Assembly (NCBI GenBank): GCA_001464895.1
Contig: LNEE01000040.1
Location: 37,415-101,414, forward strand
Direction of reading: 5' to 3'
DNA: 64,000 nucleotides
Source: Betaproteobacteria bacterium Ga0077532
Lineage (GTDB): Bacteria > Pseudomonadota > Gammaproteobacteria > Burkholderiales > Ga0077523
Made by a program: the position numbers and the translations under genes. Below are positions 27,916 to 38,343 of this stretch, piece after piece. Positions within the stretch are counted from its first letter, which is position 1. Every line of letters begins with the position of its first letter. A model generated the notes under the pieces. That model made no database searches. It was not told the DNA's origin and worked only from the letters and a program-made list of their open reading frames with translations.

Positions 27916-27924
27916 ACCGCCGGC

Positions 27925-28278
27925 CTACTTCGAGACGGCGCGCTGCATCGCCATGATGGCGCTGACCGTTTCGGTGGAGTGCCTTGAAAACTCTCCGCCG
28001 TTGGCCATCAGTTTCTCGGCCTCGGCCTTCTGACCCTTCGAGTTCCTGGCGACCACCTCGCTTGCGCACTTGTGGAACTTGGCGTGGGCAGCGCGAAGCG
28101 CCTGGTGCTCGGGCAACGCCTTGAAGCGGCTCCCGTCGCCGTGGATCCATTTCCCTAGATCGCAAGCGTCGTCCCGCGCCACCATGGCGGCGTCGAGCTT
28201 CTCCCCGGATCCGTCGAGGTTGGCCCGAAGGCGGATTTTCCACTTGGTGTGTGCCGAGACGGCGTCATCGAAGTTCAT
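27925..28278 (-). CDS. stand-alone CZB (chemoreceptor zinc-binding) domain protein
   Basis: AHTKWKIRL ... CDLGKWIH ... H..L...H..FH is the CZB His/Cys pattern. 117 aa. Confidence 0.75.
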   Translation of the reverse strand: MNFDDAVSAHTKWKIRLRANLDGSGEKLDAAMVARDDACDLGKWIHGDGSRFKALPEHQALRAAHAKFHKCASEVVARNSKGQKAEAEKLMANGGEFSRHSTETVSAIMAMQRAVSK

Positions 28279-28487
28279 GTGTTCTCCAGTGAAACGGGCG
28301 ATGCTTGCCCCGCGGGAGATAACGGTGCCGCCAACAGGGACTTGATGAGGTCTTCGTTTCGGGCGATTCCGGGCTCATGTCGGAACGGCATGTAGATATT
28401 CGAAAGTGCTCGTTCCTGGAATGAAGCGGCGCGGCTAACTTCGTGGCTTCCAGTCGGCGGGTGTCGCCGAAGCTCACGGAGCGATCC

Positions 28488-29792
<1,305 letters not shown>

Positions 29793-29869
29793 TCGCACCG
29801 GGGCGTCGGGGCGACGCGTGCAGATATCGCGCATTGCCCCGATCGCCGTTCCAGGCCTAGACTCGCCGC

Positions 29870-30313
29870 ATGAGTCGTCTTCGCATCTTCGTCGTCCTGC
29901 TTCTGCTCGCCTGCCTGCCGTTGAAGGTGCTGGCCGCCGTGGCCATGCCGTTCTGTGGGCCGGCGACCGGTGCGGCGTCGGCTCACGCGGTGTCGGCTCA
30001 TGCGGCGTCGACTCATGCGGCTTCGATGGGTCATGGTGACGATGGCGACCACGGTGCCGACCATGCACGGCATGCGGGGCACGCTGCCATGGTCGAGTCT
30101 CCCGCGGATTCCACGCCTGCATCCGCAGACGACTGCAGCCAGTGCGGGCTCTGCCATCTCGCCTGCGCCTCGGCGATACCGCTGGACGTCGCCGCACTGA
30201 AGATTGCCTTCGCACCCGTGCTCGAGGCAGCAGTCCCGGCCACCTTCCTCTCGTTCATCCCTGAAGTCCTCTTCCGACCTCCGTTGCATCGCCCGATGAA
30301 CGCACTCTCCTGA
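29870..30313 (+). CDS. secreted His/Cys-rich protein, possibly DUF2946-like; putative metal binding
   Basis: A signal-like MSRLRIFVVLLLLACLPLKVLAA is followed by the His-rich HAVSAHAASTHAASMGHGDDGDHGADHARHAGH and then CSQCGLCHLAC. It sits first in the copper cluster. Confidence 0.55.
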   Translation: MSRLRIFVVLLLLACLPLKVLAAVAMPFCGPATGAASAHAVSAHAASTHAASMGHGDDGDHGADHARHAGHAAMVESPADSTPASADDCSQCGLCHLACASAIPLDVAALKIAFAPVLEAAVPATFLSFIPEVLFRPPLHRPMNALS

Positions 30314-30437
30314 GTGCCTGGTCCGGCGGCGACGACGTGCGCCACCGGTTGGTCGTCAGCCCGTGCACCCATCGAGGTGCGCGCAGGCGGCGACGCCGCG
30401 TCCATCGTGGGCGCGGCTGACCATCGGAGGTTTTTCC

Positions 30438-31931
30438 ATGGGGCTCATCCCTTTGCTGGCGCTGCCATCGCGCGCGCCGTGGCGCATCGACCGCCTGGTC
30501 GGCGCCGTCTTCCTGCCCATGCTCGTCCTCTTGGGTTGCAGCACAGTCACTCCCGATCATGGCTTCGGCGATGTCCGGCGCAGGGTCGCGGACCGCGTCG
30601 ATGCGCCGCTCACCTGGGCGCGGTCGGACGCCGATCGTGCGCATGTCCGCGAGGTGGTGGCCGCCCATCTCGCCAAACCACTCGATGCCGACGCTGCCGT
30701 GGCCGTGGCGGTGGTCAATCACCCCGGCCTTCAGGTGGCCTATGCCGAGCTGGGAATCGCCGAGGCCGACGTCGCGCAGGCCGGCCGCTTGCCCAACCCG
30801 AGCTTCTCGACGATGCGCACCCGATCGGACGATGCGTTCAAGTACGAGACCTCGTTCACGCTGCCCATCGTCGCTCTGCTCACGATGCCGGCCACCATGC
30901 GCATGGAGGGGGAGCGGTTCGAGGCCGTGAAGCTCGAGGTGGCGGACCGGGTGGTCCGGCACGCCGCGCACACCCGTCGTGCGTGGGTCGAAGCCGTGGC
31001 CGCCGCCGCCAACGTGGCGTACCTGAAGCAGGTGCACGACGCTGCCGAGGCCGCATCGGAGCTGGCCGGCAGGATGGTCGTGGTCGGCAACGCGCCGCGT
31101 CTGGACGCGCTCCGCGAGCAGGCGTTCGCAGCCGAGACGGGTCTGCAGCTTCGCCGTGCGGAGGGCGCATCGACGGCCGCGCGCGTGCGGCTCGCCCGCT
31201 GGATGGGGTTCGGCGACATGCCGCCGCGGTTCGTCCTCGCGGAAGCTCTTCCGCCGCTGCCGCCGACGGTCGACGCACTCGCTCCGCTGGAGGCCGTCGC
31301 GCTCGACCAGCGACTGGATGTCCTCGCGGCGAAGCGGAGCGCCGAGGCCACCGCCCGCTCGCTGGGGCTCACCCGCGCAACCCGCTTCGTGAACGCGCTC
31401 GAACTGGGGCCGGCGACCGTCCTGGAGCAGGGTGACGCCGTGAAGAAGGGCTACCAGATCAGCATCGAGCTGCCGCTCTTCGACTGGGGCACGAGCCGCG
31501 TCGCCCGCGCGGAAGCGACCTACATGCGCGCCGTTGCGCGCGTGGCTGAAGTCGCGCTCGATGCCCGTTCGGAGGTTCGCGAAGTCCACGCCGGCTACGA
31601 GGCGGCCTGGGATGTCGCGGATCGATACGGGCGCACCGTCGTCCCCGTGGCCCTGCGCATCGCGGACGAGAGCCTGCGGCGCTACAACGGGATGCTGATC
31701 AGCGTGTTCGAGCTGCTGGCGGATGCGCGTGAGCAGGTCCGCGCGGCGCAGGGTTTCAACGAAGCCCTGCGCGACTTCTGGCTGGCCGAGGCCGAACTGC
31801 GGCTGGCATTGGGCGGGCGCCTGTCGTCACCGACCTCGGCGGCTGCTTCGGCACCTGTTCCACCAGTCGTGCCCATGCCGCCCGCCGCTCCGTCCGCACC
31901 CGCCCACGATCACCAACATCATCAGGACTGA
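30438..31931 (+). CDS. TolC/OEP-family outer-membrane lipoprotein
   Basis: ATG follows GGAGG. Lipobox LLGCS. The C-terminus ISVFELLADAREQVRAAQGFNEALRDFWLAEAELRLALGG is typical of outer-membrane efflux proteins. Confidence 0.8.
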   Translation: MGLIPLLALPSRAPWRIDRLVGAVFLPMLVLLGCSTVTPDHGFGDVRRRVADRVDAPLTWARSDADRAHVREVVAAHLAKPLDADAAVAVAVVNHPGLQVAYAELGIAEADVAQAGRLPNPSFSTMRTRSDDAFKYETSFTLPIVALLTMPATMRMEGERFEAVKLEVADRVVRHAAHTRRAWVEAVAAAANVAYLKQVHDAAEAASELAGRMVVVGNAPRLDALREQAFAAETGLQLRRAEGASTAARVRLARWMGFGDMPPRFVLAEALPPLPPTVDALAPLEAVALDQRLDVLAAKRSAEATARSLGLTRATRFVNALELGPATVLEQGDAVKKGYQISIELPLFDWGTSRVARAEATYMRAVARVAEVALDARSEVREVHAGYEAAWDVADRYGRTVVPVALRIADESLRRYNGMLISVFELLADAREQVRAAQGFNEALRDFWLAEAELRLALGGRLSSPTSAAASAPVPPVVPMPPAAPSAPAHDHQHHQD

Positions 31932-31935
31932 CCCC

Positions 31936-33303
31936 ATGGACCGCAGACATTTCCTCCGCGGCTCTGCCGCCACCGGATTGGCGACGATGGCCGTCAGCCG
32001 CGCTGCACTCGCAGGCCTGCCCGAGATCGAAACGCACGCCGGTGCCGCGACGCGCCCGCCCCTCGCACCCTTCGATGGCGTTCCGTACCGCCCCGTCACC
32101 ACGCTGAACGGCTGGACGCTGCCGTGGCGACGCAACGGCGAGTGGAAGGAGTTCCACCTCGTCGCCGAGCCGGTCGTGCGCGAGATCGCGCCGGGCATGA
32201 AGGCCAACCTGTGGGGCTACAACGGCCAGTCGCCGGGCCCCACGCTCGAGTGCGTCGAGGGCGACCGCGTCCGCATCTTCGTGACCAACCGCCTGCCCGA
32301 GCACACGACGATCCACTGGCACGGCATCCTGCTGCCCAACGGGATGGACGGCGTGGGCGGTCTCACGCAGCCGCAGATCGACCCCGGCAAGACCTTCGTC
32401 TACGAGTTCGAGATGCGGAAGTCGGGCACCTTCATGTACCACCCGCACGCCGACGAGATGGTGCAGATGGCGATGGGGATGATGGGCGCCATCGTCGTCC
32501 ATCCGCGGAACCCCGCGGAGCACGTGGTGGACCGCGACTACGTCTTCCTCATCAACGCCTACGACATCGATCCTGGCAGCTACACCCCGCGCGTGGCGAC
32601 CATGACCGAGTTCAACCTCTGGACGTGGAACAGCCGCGCCTTCCCGGGCATCGACTCGCTCGTCTGCGGCGTCGGCGAGCGGCTGCGCATCCGCATGGGC
32701 AACCTGACGATGACGAATCACCCGATACACATCCACGGTACCGAACTGTTCGTGACGTGCACCGATGGGGGCTGGGTGCCGCCCGCCGCCCGCTGGCCCG
32801 AGGTCACGGTCGACATGCCGGTGGGTGCGATGCGCGCCGTCGAATGCGTCTTTCGGGACCCGGGGGACTGGTCGCTCCATTGTCATAAATCGCATCACAC
32901 AATGGGCCCCATGGGACATCGCGTGCCGACCATGATCGGCGTCGATCACGCGGGGCTCGTGAAGCGCATCCGCGGCATCGCGCCTGGGTACATGGTGATG
33001 GGCGAGACGGGCATGGCCGAGATGGCCGACATGCAGATGGCGCTGCCCGAGAACACCCTGCCCATGATGACGGGCGAGGGCCCCTTCGGCCCCATCGAGA
33101 TGGGCGGGATGTTCACGACCGTGAAGGTGCGCGAGGGGCTGGCGTCCGACGCCCATGAGGTGCCGGGCTGGTACGACCATCCCGCGGGCACCGTGGCCCG
33201 CGAATGGACCGGCGGCGAGGTGGGCGCGGTCCGGCAGGAAGGCCCGCCGGCGGACGCCTCGACGATGCAGGTCCGGAAGCCGGGTCCGCACGAGGGGCAC
33301 TAG
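31936..33303 (+). CDS. Tat-exported multicopper oxidase (CopA-like) with a Met-rich segment
   Basis: Twin-arginine signal MDRRHFLRG. Copper ligand motifs: HWHG, HPH, HPIHIHG, HCHKSHH. Met-rich region: GYMVMGETGMAEMADMQM..MMTG. Confidence 0.9.
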   Translation: MDRRHFLRGSAATGLATMAVSRAALAGLPEIETHAGAATRPPLAPFDGVPYRPVTTLNGWTLPWRRNGEWKEFHLVAEPVVREIAPGMKANLWGYNGQSPGPTLECVEGDRVRIFVTNRLPEHTTIHWHGILLPNGMDGVGGLTQPQIDPGKTFVYEFEMRKSGTFMYHPHADEMVQMAMGMMGAIVVHPRNPAEHVVDRDYVFLINAYDIDPGSYTPRVATMTEFNLWTWNSRAFPGIDSLVCGVGERLRIRMGNLTMTNHPIHIHGTELFVTCTDGGWVPPAARWPEVTVDMPVGAMRAVECVFRDPGDWSLHCHKSHHTMGPMGHRVPTMIGVDHAGLVKRIRGIAPGYMVMGETGMAEMADMQMALPENTLPMMTGEGPFGPIEMGGMFTTVKVREGLASDAHEVPGWYDHPAGTVAREWTGGEVGAVRQEGPPADASTMQVRKPGPHEGH

Positions 33304-33397
33304 TGTCTCGACCTCGGAAATGCTTCGAGTGGGCGGCGGGCCCAATGCCGGCAACGTCGGGGGGAAAGTACTTCAAACACTGCAATCAGGTCAGCGA

Positions 33398-33670
33398 ATG
33401 ATGAAACCGATCCAACTCCATCTCTTCCGTCGGCCGCGGGTGACGTTTCCAACCTGGGGCTGGCGTCTTGTCGTCGTGGCAGTCGCCGTCGTCGGCTGCC
33501 TCCCGACGGTGATCGTCCGCCTCCAGCTCCAGGCGACCCTCGACGAGTTCGACGCCAACCGCGGGCACGCGGGACGGCAGGTCAACACCGGGCTCGCCGC
33601 TGCCGCTTCGCATCGCAATCGGAACGATCAGGGTGGCCGCCGCGAACGCGACGCAGGCGTGCTCCGCTGA
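33398..33670 (+). CDS. possible small membrane protein (weak call)
   Basis: ATG-ATG start with no SD. One hydrophobic segment, WRLVVVAVAVVGCLPTVIV. GC3 is fairly high. No family recognised. Confidence 0.25.
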   Translation: MMKPIQLHLFRRPRVTFPTWGWRLVVVAVAVVGCLPTVIVRLQLQATLDEFDANRGHAGRQVNTGLAAAASHRNRNDQGGRRERDAGVLR

Positions 33671-33677
33671 CCGAGCC

Positions 33678-34406
33678 TCAGATGGCCGTGGTGAGGTCGA
33701 TCAACCAGGTCGGCGCGTGATCCAGCACCCAGATCTCGAAGCGCTTGTCGGCACCGGTGAGGATCGCGAGACCGGCCAGCAGCAGCACCCCGCCGAGGAA
33801 TCGCTTGCCACGCTTGCCTGCCTCCAGCAGTCGCCCGCGGACCCGTTTCAGGACCGCGGTGGACAGGAGACCCAGCACCACCAGCGGCACCCCCGCCCCG
33901 ATGCCGAACACGAGCATCACGAGTGCCGCCTGACCGAGATCCTCCCCCTGGCTCGCCAGCGTGATCGTCGCGCCCAGCGTGGGCCCGACGCAGGGGCTCC
34001 AGACCACGCCGAGCAGCAGTCCGAGCAGTGCCTGACCCGTGAGGCCGCGCGGCTCGAACCGGCCCAGTGCCGTCTGCCCAGCTCCGGAGGCGCGTGACGC
34101 CAGCAGGGCGAAGCGCGCCTGCAGCGCCTCCGACAGCAGGACTGCGCCGAAGACCACCAGCAGCAGCGCAGCGGCCATCCGAAGCCCCTGCCCGGTCAGC
34201 CCCAGCGCGGCGCCGAACGCCGTGACCAGCACCCCGAGCACCGTGAACGACACCGCCAGCCCGGCCGCGAGGACGACCGGCCCGAGCCGGTGCGTCGCCG
34301 CGGCCGTGCCGACGATGATCGGTACGAGCGGCAGCACGCACGGCGACAATGTGGAGAGGCCACCCGCCACGGCGGCGAGCCCGTAGGTGGCCAGCGGAAG
34401 CGCCAT
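33678..34406 (-). CDS. CcdA/DsbD-type thiol:disulfide transporter membrane protein
   Basis: LSTLSPCVLPLVP and VWSPCVGPTLG, the two conserved Cys motifs, in a polytopic protein. Confidence 0.85.
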   Translation of the reverse strand: MALPLATYGLAAVAGGLSTLSPCVLPLVPIIVGTAAATHRLGPVVLAAGLAVSFTVLGVLVTAFGAALGLTGQGLRMAAALLLVVFGAVLLSEALQARFALLASRASGAGQTALGRFEPRGLTGQALLGLLLGVVWSPCVGPTLGATITLASQGEDLGQAALVMLVFGIGAGVPLVVLGLLSTAVLKRVRGRLLEAGKRGKRFLGGVLLLAGLAILTGADKRFEIWVLDHAPTWLIDLTTAI

Positions 34407-34417
34407 CGCGTCGTGCC

Positions 34418-34792
34418 CTACAGCGCTTTGCGGAACTGGGCGGCGATCGCGTCCGGTCGCGTCTCGCCCGTGGAGCGCACGACCTCCTTATCACCCTTGT
34501 AGACGATGAGCGTGCTCTGCCGAGACACGCGCAGCGCCTTGAGGACTTCGTCCTGCATGTCGAAGTCGACGCGGAACAGCTCGAACTGCGCGAACTCGGG
34601 CGACTTCAGGACGGCCTCGACGGCCGGGTCCTGCTTCCGGCAGGTGGGGCACCACTCGGCGTAGACCATGACGACCACCGGCTTGCCCGCCTTGCGGGCA
34701 GCATCGAACGGCGCCTGTTCGAAGGGGGTGCCGGCAGCGAGAGCGAAGCCGGCGAGGCAGAAGAAGGCGAGGGCGGCGAGTATGCGGATCAT
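34418..34792 (-). CDS. periplasmic thioredoxin-family protein
   Basis: ATG at 34792. Signal MIRILAALAFFCLAGFALAA. Active site WCPTC. Only the last 124 aa of track ORF 34418..36382 are real. Confidence 0.85.
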   Translation of the reverse strand: MIRILAALAFFCLAGFALAAGTPFEQAPFDAARKAGKPVVVMVYAEWCPTCRKQDPAVEAVLKSPEFAQFELFRVDFDMQDEVLKALRVSRQSTLIVYKGDKEVVRSTGETRPDAIAAQFRKAL

Positions 34793-34858
34793 GGTGTGGT
34801 CTCGGTGAGGTGGACGGATGGTTGGACGGAGAGTGCGTGGCGCAGATGGATGTGGATG

Positions 34859-34951
34859 TTGTAGGAGCGGGCCATGCCCGCGAAAGCGATGGTCCGGAGT
34901 GCGGGGCATCCTTGGATCCACAGGTTTCGCGGGCATGGCCCGCTCCTGCAA
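34859..34951. repeat. family-1 REP inverted pair
   Basis: TTGTAGGAGCGGGCCATGCCCGCGAAAGCG, a ~37-nt spacer, then TTCGCGGGCATGGCCCGCTCCTGCAA. Confidence 0.9.
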
Positions 34952-35077
34952 GGGCGTCGCCTCGCCACCCGATGTACGCGATGCCCCCCGCTTCGGATTC
35001 ACCACCGACATCGCCGCTGGCCCCGTGCCCCGAAAGCGTGTTAGAAGCCGGGTTTTGCAAACCCCGACAACCGGGGC

Positions 35078-36388
35078 ATGGAGATCATCGAGATGGTGCG
35101 TTTTCTCAAGCAGGGCATCAGCGCCGCGGACGACGCGGCCGAGCAGGCGAAGGTGCGGGCCACGGTGGAAGGGATCATCGCCGACGTCGAGAAGCGCGGT
35201 GACGCCGCCGTGCGCGAGATGTCCGAGAAGTTCGACAAGTGGTCCCCGCCGTCCTTCCGGCTGACCCAGGCCGAGATCGAGGCCAACGTGAAGGCGCTCT
35301 CGCCACGCGACGTCGACGACATCAAGTTCGCGCAGACACAGATCCGGAACTTCGCGCAGATCCAGCGTGACTCGATGAAGGACGTCGAGGTCGAAACCCT
35401 CCCCGGGATCATCCTCGGCCACAAGAACCTGCCCGTGAACTCGGTGGGCTGCTATGTGCCCGGTGGCAAGTACCCGCTGGTGGCGTCGGCCCACATGACC
35501 ATCCTCACGGCCAAGGTTGCCGGCGTGCCGCGCGTGATCGCGTGTGCGCCGCCCTTCCAGGGCAAGCCGTCGCCGGCCATCGTGACCGCCATGTACCTCG
35601 CCGGCGCCGACGAGATCTACGCACTGGGCGGCGTCCAGGCCATTGCAGCGATGGCGGTGGGCACCGAGACCATCCAGGCGACCGACATGGTCGCGGGCCC
35701 CGGCAACGCCTACGTGGCCGAAGCCAAGCGCCAGCTCGCGGGCCGGGTCGGCATCGACCTCTTCGCAGGCCCGACCGAGACCCTCGTGATCGCGGATGAG
35801 ACCGTCGACGGCGAGATTTGCGCGACCGACCTGCTGGGTCAGGCCGAGCACGGCCCCAACTCGCCGGCGATCCTGCTCACCAATTCCGAGAAGCTCGCGC
35901 ACGACACGATGGCGCAGATCGAGATCCAGCTGAAGACGCTTCCCACCGCCGCCGTCGCCGGCCAGGCGTGGCGCGACTACGGACAGGTCATCGTGTGCGA
36001 CACGTACGAGGAGATGGTGATCGAGGCCGATCGCATCGCGTCCGAGCACGTGCAGGTCATGACGAAGGACCCCGACTACTTCCTGAAGAACATGACCAAC
36101 TACGGCGCGCTCTTCCTGGGCCCCGAAACGAACGTGAGCTACGGCGACAAGGTGATCGGCACCAACCACACCCTGCCCACGCGCAAGGCTGCGCGCTACA
36201 CGGGCGGACTGTGGGTCGGCAAGTTCATCAAGACGTGCACGTACCAGAAGGTGAAGCCGGAAGCCTCGGCGATGATCGGCGAGTACTGCTCGCGGCTCTG
36301 CGCCATCGAAGGCTTCGCGGGGCACCAGGCCCAGGCCGACATCCGCGTGAAGCGCTACGGCCATCTGAAGTCGGGTGGTCACCGCTGA
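35078..36388 (+). CDS. histidinol dehydrogenase-family NAD-dependent dehydrogenase (HisD paralogue, not in a his operon)
   Basis: [48 protein letters not shown]. Confidence 0.85.
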   Translation: MEIIEMVRFLKQGISAADDAAEQAKVRATVEGIIADVEKRGDAAVREMSEKFDKWSPPSFRLTQAEIEANVKALSPRDVDDIKFAQTQIRNFAQIQRDSMKDVEVETLPGIILGHKNLPVNSVGCYVPGGKYPLVASAHMTILTAKVAGVPRVIACAPPFQGKPSPAIVTAMYLAGADEIYALGGVQAIAAMAVGTETIQATDMVAGPGNAYVAEAKRQLAGRVGIDLFAGPTETLVIADETVDGEICATDLLGQAEHGPNSPAILLTNSEKLAHDTMAQIEIQLKTLPTAAVAGQAWRDYGQVIVCDTYEEMVIEADRIASEHVQVMTKDPDYFLKNMTNYGALFLGPETNVSYGDKVIGTNHTLPTRKAARYTGGLWVGKFIKTCTYQKVKPEASAMIGEYCSRLCAIEGFAGHQAQADIRVKRYGHLKSGGHR

Positions 36389-36420
36389 CCAGGCGTACGC
36401 CTGGTCCCGGGTGAACGTCG

Positions 36421-36460
36421 CCGCGGCCGGCGCAGAGCATCGCGCCGGCCGCGGTTGTTT
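36421..36460. terminator. hairpin plus T-rich tail between convergent genes
   Basis: CCGCGGCCGGCGC-AGAGCATC-GCGCCGGCCGCGG followed by TTGTTT. Confidence 0.6.
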
Positions 36461-36469
36461 CGACGGCTC

Positions 36470-37099
36470 CTACTTCGACTGCAGGTAGGTAGCCAGCGAG
36501 AAGATGTCTTCGTCGCTGAGGTCCTTCACCACCCCGTGCATCACCGGCGAATCGCGCAGGCGGTTGCGCAGCATCTGCATCTGCCGCGACAGGTACTGGC
36601 CGTACTGCCCGGCCAGCCGCGGGAACACGGTGTGGCCCTCGGCATCCATGCCGTGGCAGGTCGCACAGGCAGGGATGCCCTTGTCGGCACGGCCACGCTC
36701 GTAGAAGTCGCGCCCCGCTGACATGACCGCCGGATCGCCCGGCACGCCCTTCATGGGTGGCTGGGACGCGTAGTAGTGCGCCAGTCCCTCGACGATGTTG
36801 TCGTCGAGCGTTGCGGCGATCCCCCACATGAAATCGTGCGCCTCAGGGTCCCCCCGGTTCTGGCGGCGGAACGCCTTCAGTTGCGCCTCGAGATACTGCT
36901 TCTGCTGTCCAGCCAGACGCGGCACGAGCGGGTTGTCGCCAGCGCCCTGCGTTCCATGACAGGTCATGCACATCCCGGTGGCGAGGCGTTTCGCGGCTTC
37001 GCGCGAGGCGGCGTCGGGCGCAGTCTGCGCGAGGGCGTCCCAGGCACCAGCGGCGAACAACGTGGCTGCGGCGAGTCCTGCGGTCAACACGGTCTTCAT
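36470..37099 (-). CDS. dihaem cytochrome c4-type protein
   Basis: ATG follows GGGAGGA. Signal MKTVLTAGLAAATLFAAGAWDALA. Two CxxCH motifs (CMTCHG, CATCHG). Confidence 0.85.
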   Translation of the reverse strand: MKTVLTAGLAAATLFAAGAWDALAQTAPDAASREAAKRLATGMCMTCHGTQGAGDNPLVPRLAGQQKQYLEAQLKAFRRQNRGDPEAHDFMWGIAATLDDNIVEGLAHYYASQPPMKGVPGDPAVMSAGRDFYERGRADKGIPACATCHGMDAEGHTVFPRLAGQYGQYLSRQMQMLRNRLRDSPVMHGVVKDLSDEDIFSLATYLQSK

Positions 37100-37392
37100 G
37101 ATGTTCCTCCCGGGCGGGTGGGGTCCACCGATGCTGTGCCCCATGGAACGCAGCCCATCGACGGAACGCGATCGAGGCGCTTGGTGCCGGTTTCATCGAC
37201 ACCGACGACTTCTCCGCAACCAGTAGACGCCTGACCCACTTCGCAATCGTTGATTTGGGTCAATCGAGATGCTGCGTCGCGGCATCGGAGGGCTCTGTGG
37301 CGCTGGTAGCACGCTCGATGCGCACGCCGGAACGAAGGAGAACGCGGACCAGCGCGCCGTCACCAGTGCTTTCGCGCGCCAGCCGCGTAGGC

Positions 37393-37398
37393 GATAAT
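37393..37398 (+). promoter_or_regulatory. candidate -10 box (GATAAT) for the tRNA-Leu gene
   Basis: GATAAT lies 15 nt upstream of the tRNA 5' end. The -35 region (TTTCGC) is weak. Confidence 0.3.
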
Positions 37399-37412
37399 CC
37401 GGCTCCCTCCCA

Positions 37413-37499
37413 GCCGGGATGGCGGAACTGGTAGACGCAGCGGACTCAAAATCCGCCGGTGGAAACATCGTGGGGGTTCGATTCCCCCTCCCGGCACCA
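37413..37499 (+). tRNA. tRNA-Leu, anticodon CAA (37447-37449), encoded CCA
   Basis: Acceptor GCCGGGA/TCCCGGC. Anticodon arm GCGGA-CTCAAAA-TCCGC. Long variable arm. T arm GGGGG-TTCGATT-CCCCC. 3' ACCA. Confidence 0.9.
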
Positions 37500-37654
37500 A
37501 GAACACTTCCAAGAACGTCCAGAAATGTCCGGAAAAGGCCGATCCTCATAGGGGAAACGCCCGTTCCGAGGTCCGGCATTGTCTTCGGCGTTCCGTTGCG
37601 AGCTGGGGGTACATCTGGGGGTATATCTGGTACCCCCAGTCGGAGATACCCCCA

Positions 37655-37828
37655 ATGCCTCTGACCGCACTCGAACGCAAGACCGCGAAGCCCGGCGAGA
37701 CCAATCAGAAGCTCTCCGATGGTGGCGGCTTGTACTTGCTCGTGAAGCCCAACGGCGGGAAGTACTGGCGGCTCAAGTACCGGTTCGGTGGCAAGGAGAA
37801 GCTGCTTGCCATTGGCGCGAACAGGTGA
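37655..37828 (+). pseudogene. 5' stub (57 codons) of a P4-type tyrosine integrase (DUF4102 N-terminal domain)
   Basis: MPLTALERKTAKPGETNQKLSDGGGLYLLVKPNGGKYWRLKYRFGGKEKLLAIGA then NR-stop. This is the canonical N-terminus of tRNA-targeting P4-family integrases. It is below the 60-aa cutoff of the track. Confidence 0.75.
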
Positions 37829-38018
37829 AGGTCTGCGTCATCTGGCCGGGCGTGCCGGCCAGCGTGCGCAGCGTGGTCACGTTGCCCATGGCGTCGTAGA
37901 CCATCTCCGTCCGCCGCGATAGCGGATCCACGGTGGCGGTGAGCAGGTTCGTGCCGCTCTGGTACTCGAAGGTGGTGGTGCGAGCCTTCGCGGTGCCGTG
38001 GGCCTCGGTGCGGGAGGT
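37824..38018 (-). pseudogene. internal fragment of an Rhs/YD-repeat protein
   Basis: The minus-strand translation TTTFEYQSGTNLLTATVDPLSRRTEMVYDAMGNVTTLRTLAGTPG fits the YD-repeat pattern (..Y.YD..GN......D..G). No start is present and it abuts the integrase stub. Confidence 0.55.
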
Positions 38019-38309
38019 GAGGAGGCGGGCGGCGCTGGCAGGTGTGGGTGGTGAGCTGGCGCTTGCGGGAAGAGGCAAGACGTGGCCCCATAGCTTGCGT
38101 GACCCACTCGGCGCTTCTTCGGAGCCGGACCATTTCGGGGCAAAAAACAGTGCTCTAAGCCCGGAAGCAAGGGGTTTCTGCGGGCATTTCTCCGAGAGGT
38201 CAGATGGTTGCGTAGGTCCGACCCCAGAGCGCGGCAGCCAGAGCGCGTCAGATGGCCGACCGCAGAGCGCGTGACGGGCTGGCTCTTCGCACTTGACGAG
38301 ACTAGAGTT

Positions 38310-38327
38310 AGTACCGTTTCAGGTACT
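38310..38327 (+). promoter_or_regulatory. inverted repeat AGTACC-N6-GGTACT upstream of the antitoxin gene (candidate operator)
   Basis: Read directly from the sequence. It lies 17 nt upstream of the ATG at 38344, in a locally AT-richer stretch that also contains TTGACG (38293-38298). Confidence 0.4.
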
Positions 38328-38343
38328 GAATGAGGTCCCGACA

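Noticed and set aside
28279-28487. A SAM-type riboswitch in the metY leader. GGCTT ... AAGCT could form a SAM-II-like pseudoknot.
   Set aside because: The resemblance rests on two pentamers recalled from memory. I cannot reproduce the consensus or a convincing fold by eye. It needs cmsearch with the SAM-II, SAM-V and SAM/SAH models before any claim.
34418-36382. A 654-aa minus-strand ORF.
   Set aside because: Only its last 124 codons (the thioredoxin-like gene from the ATG at 34792) are coding. The rest reads through a REP pair and runs antisense to the HisD-family gene.
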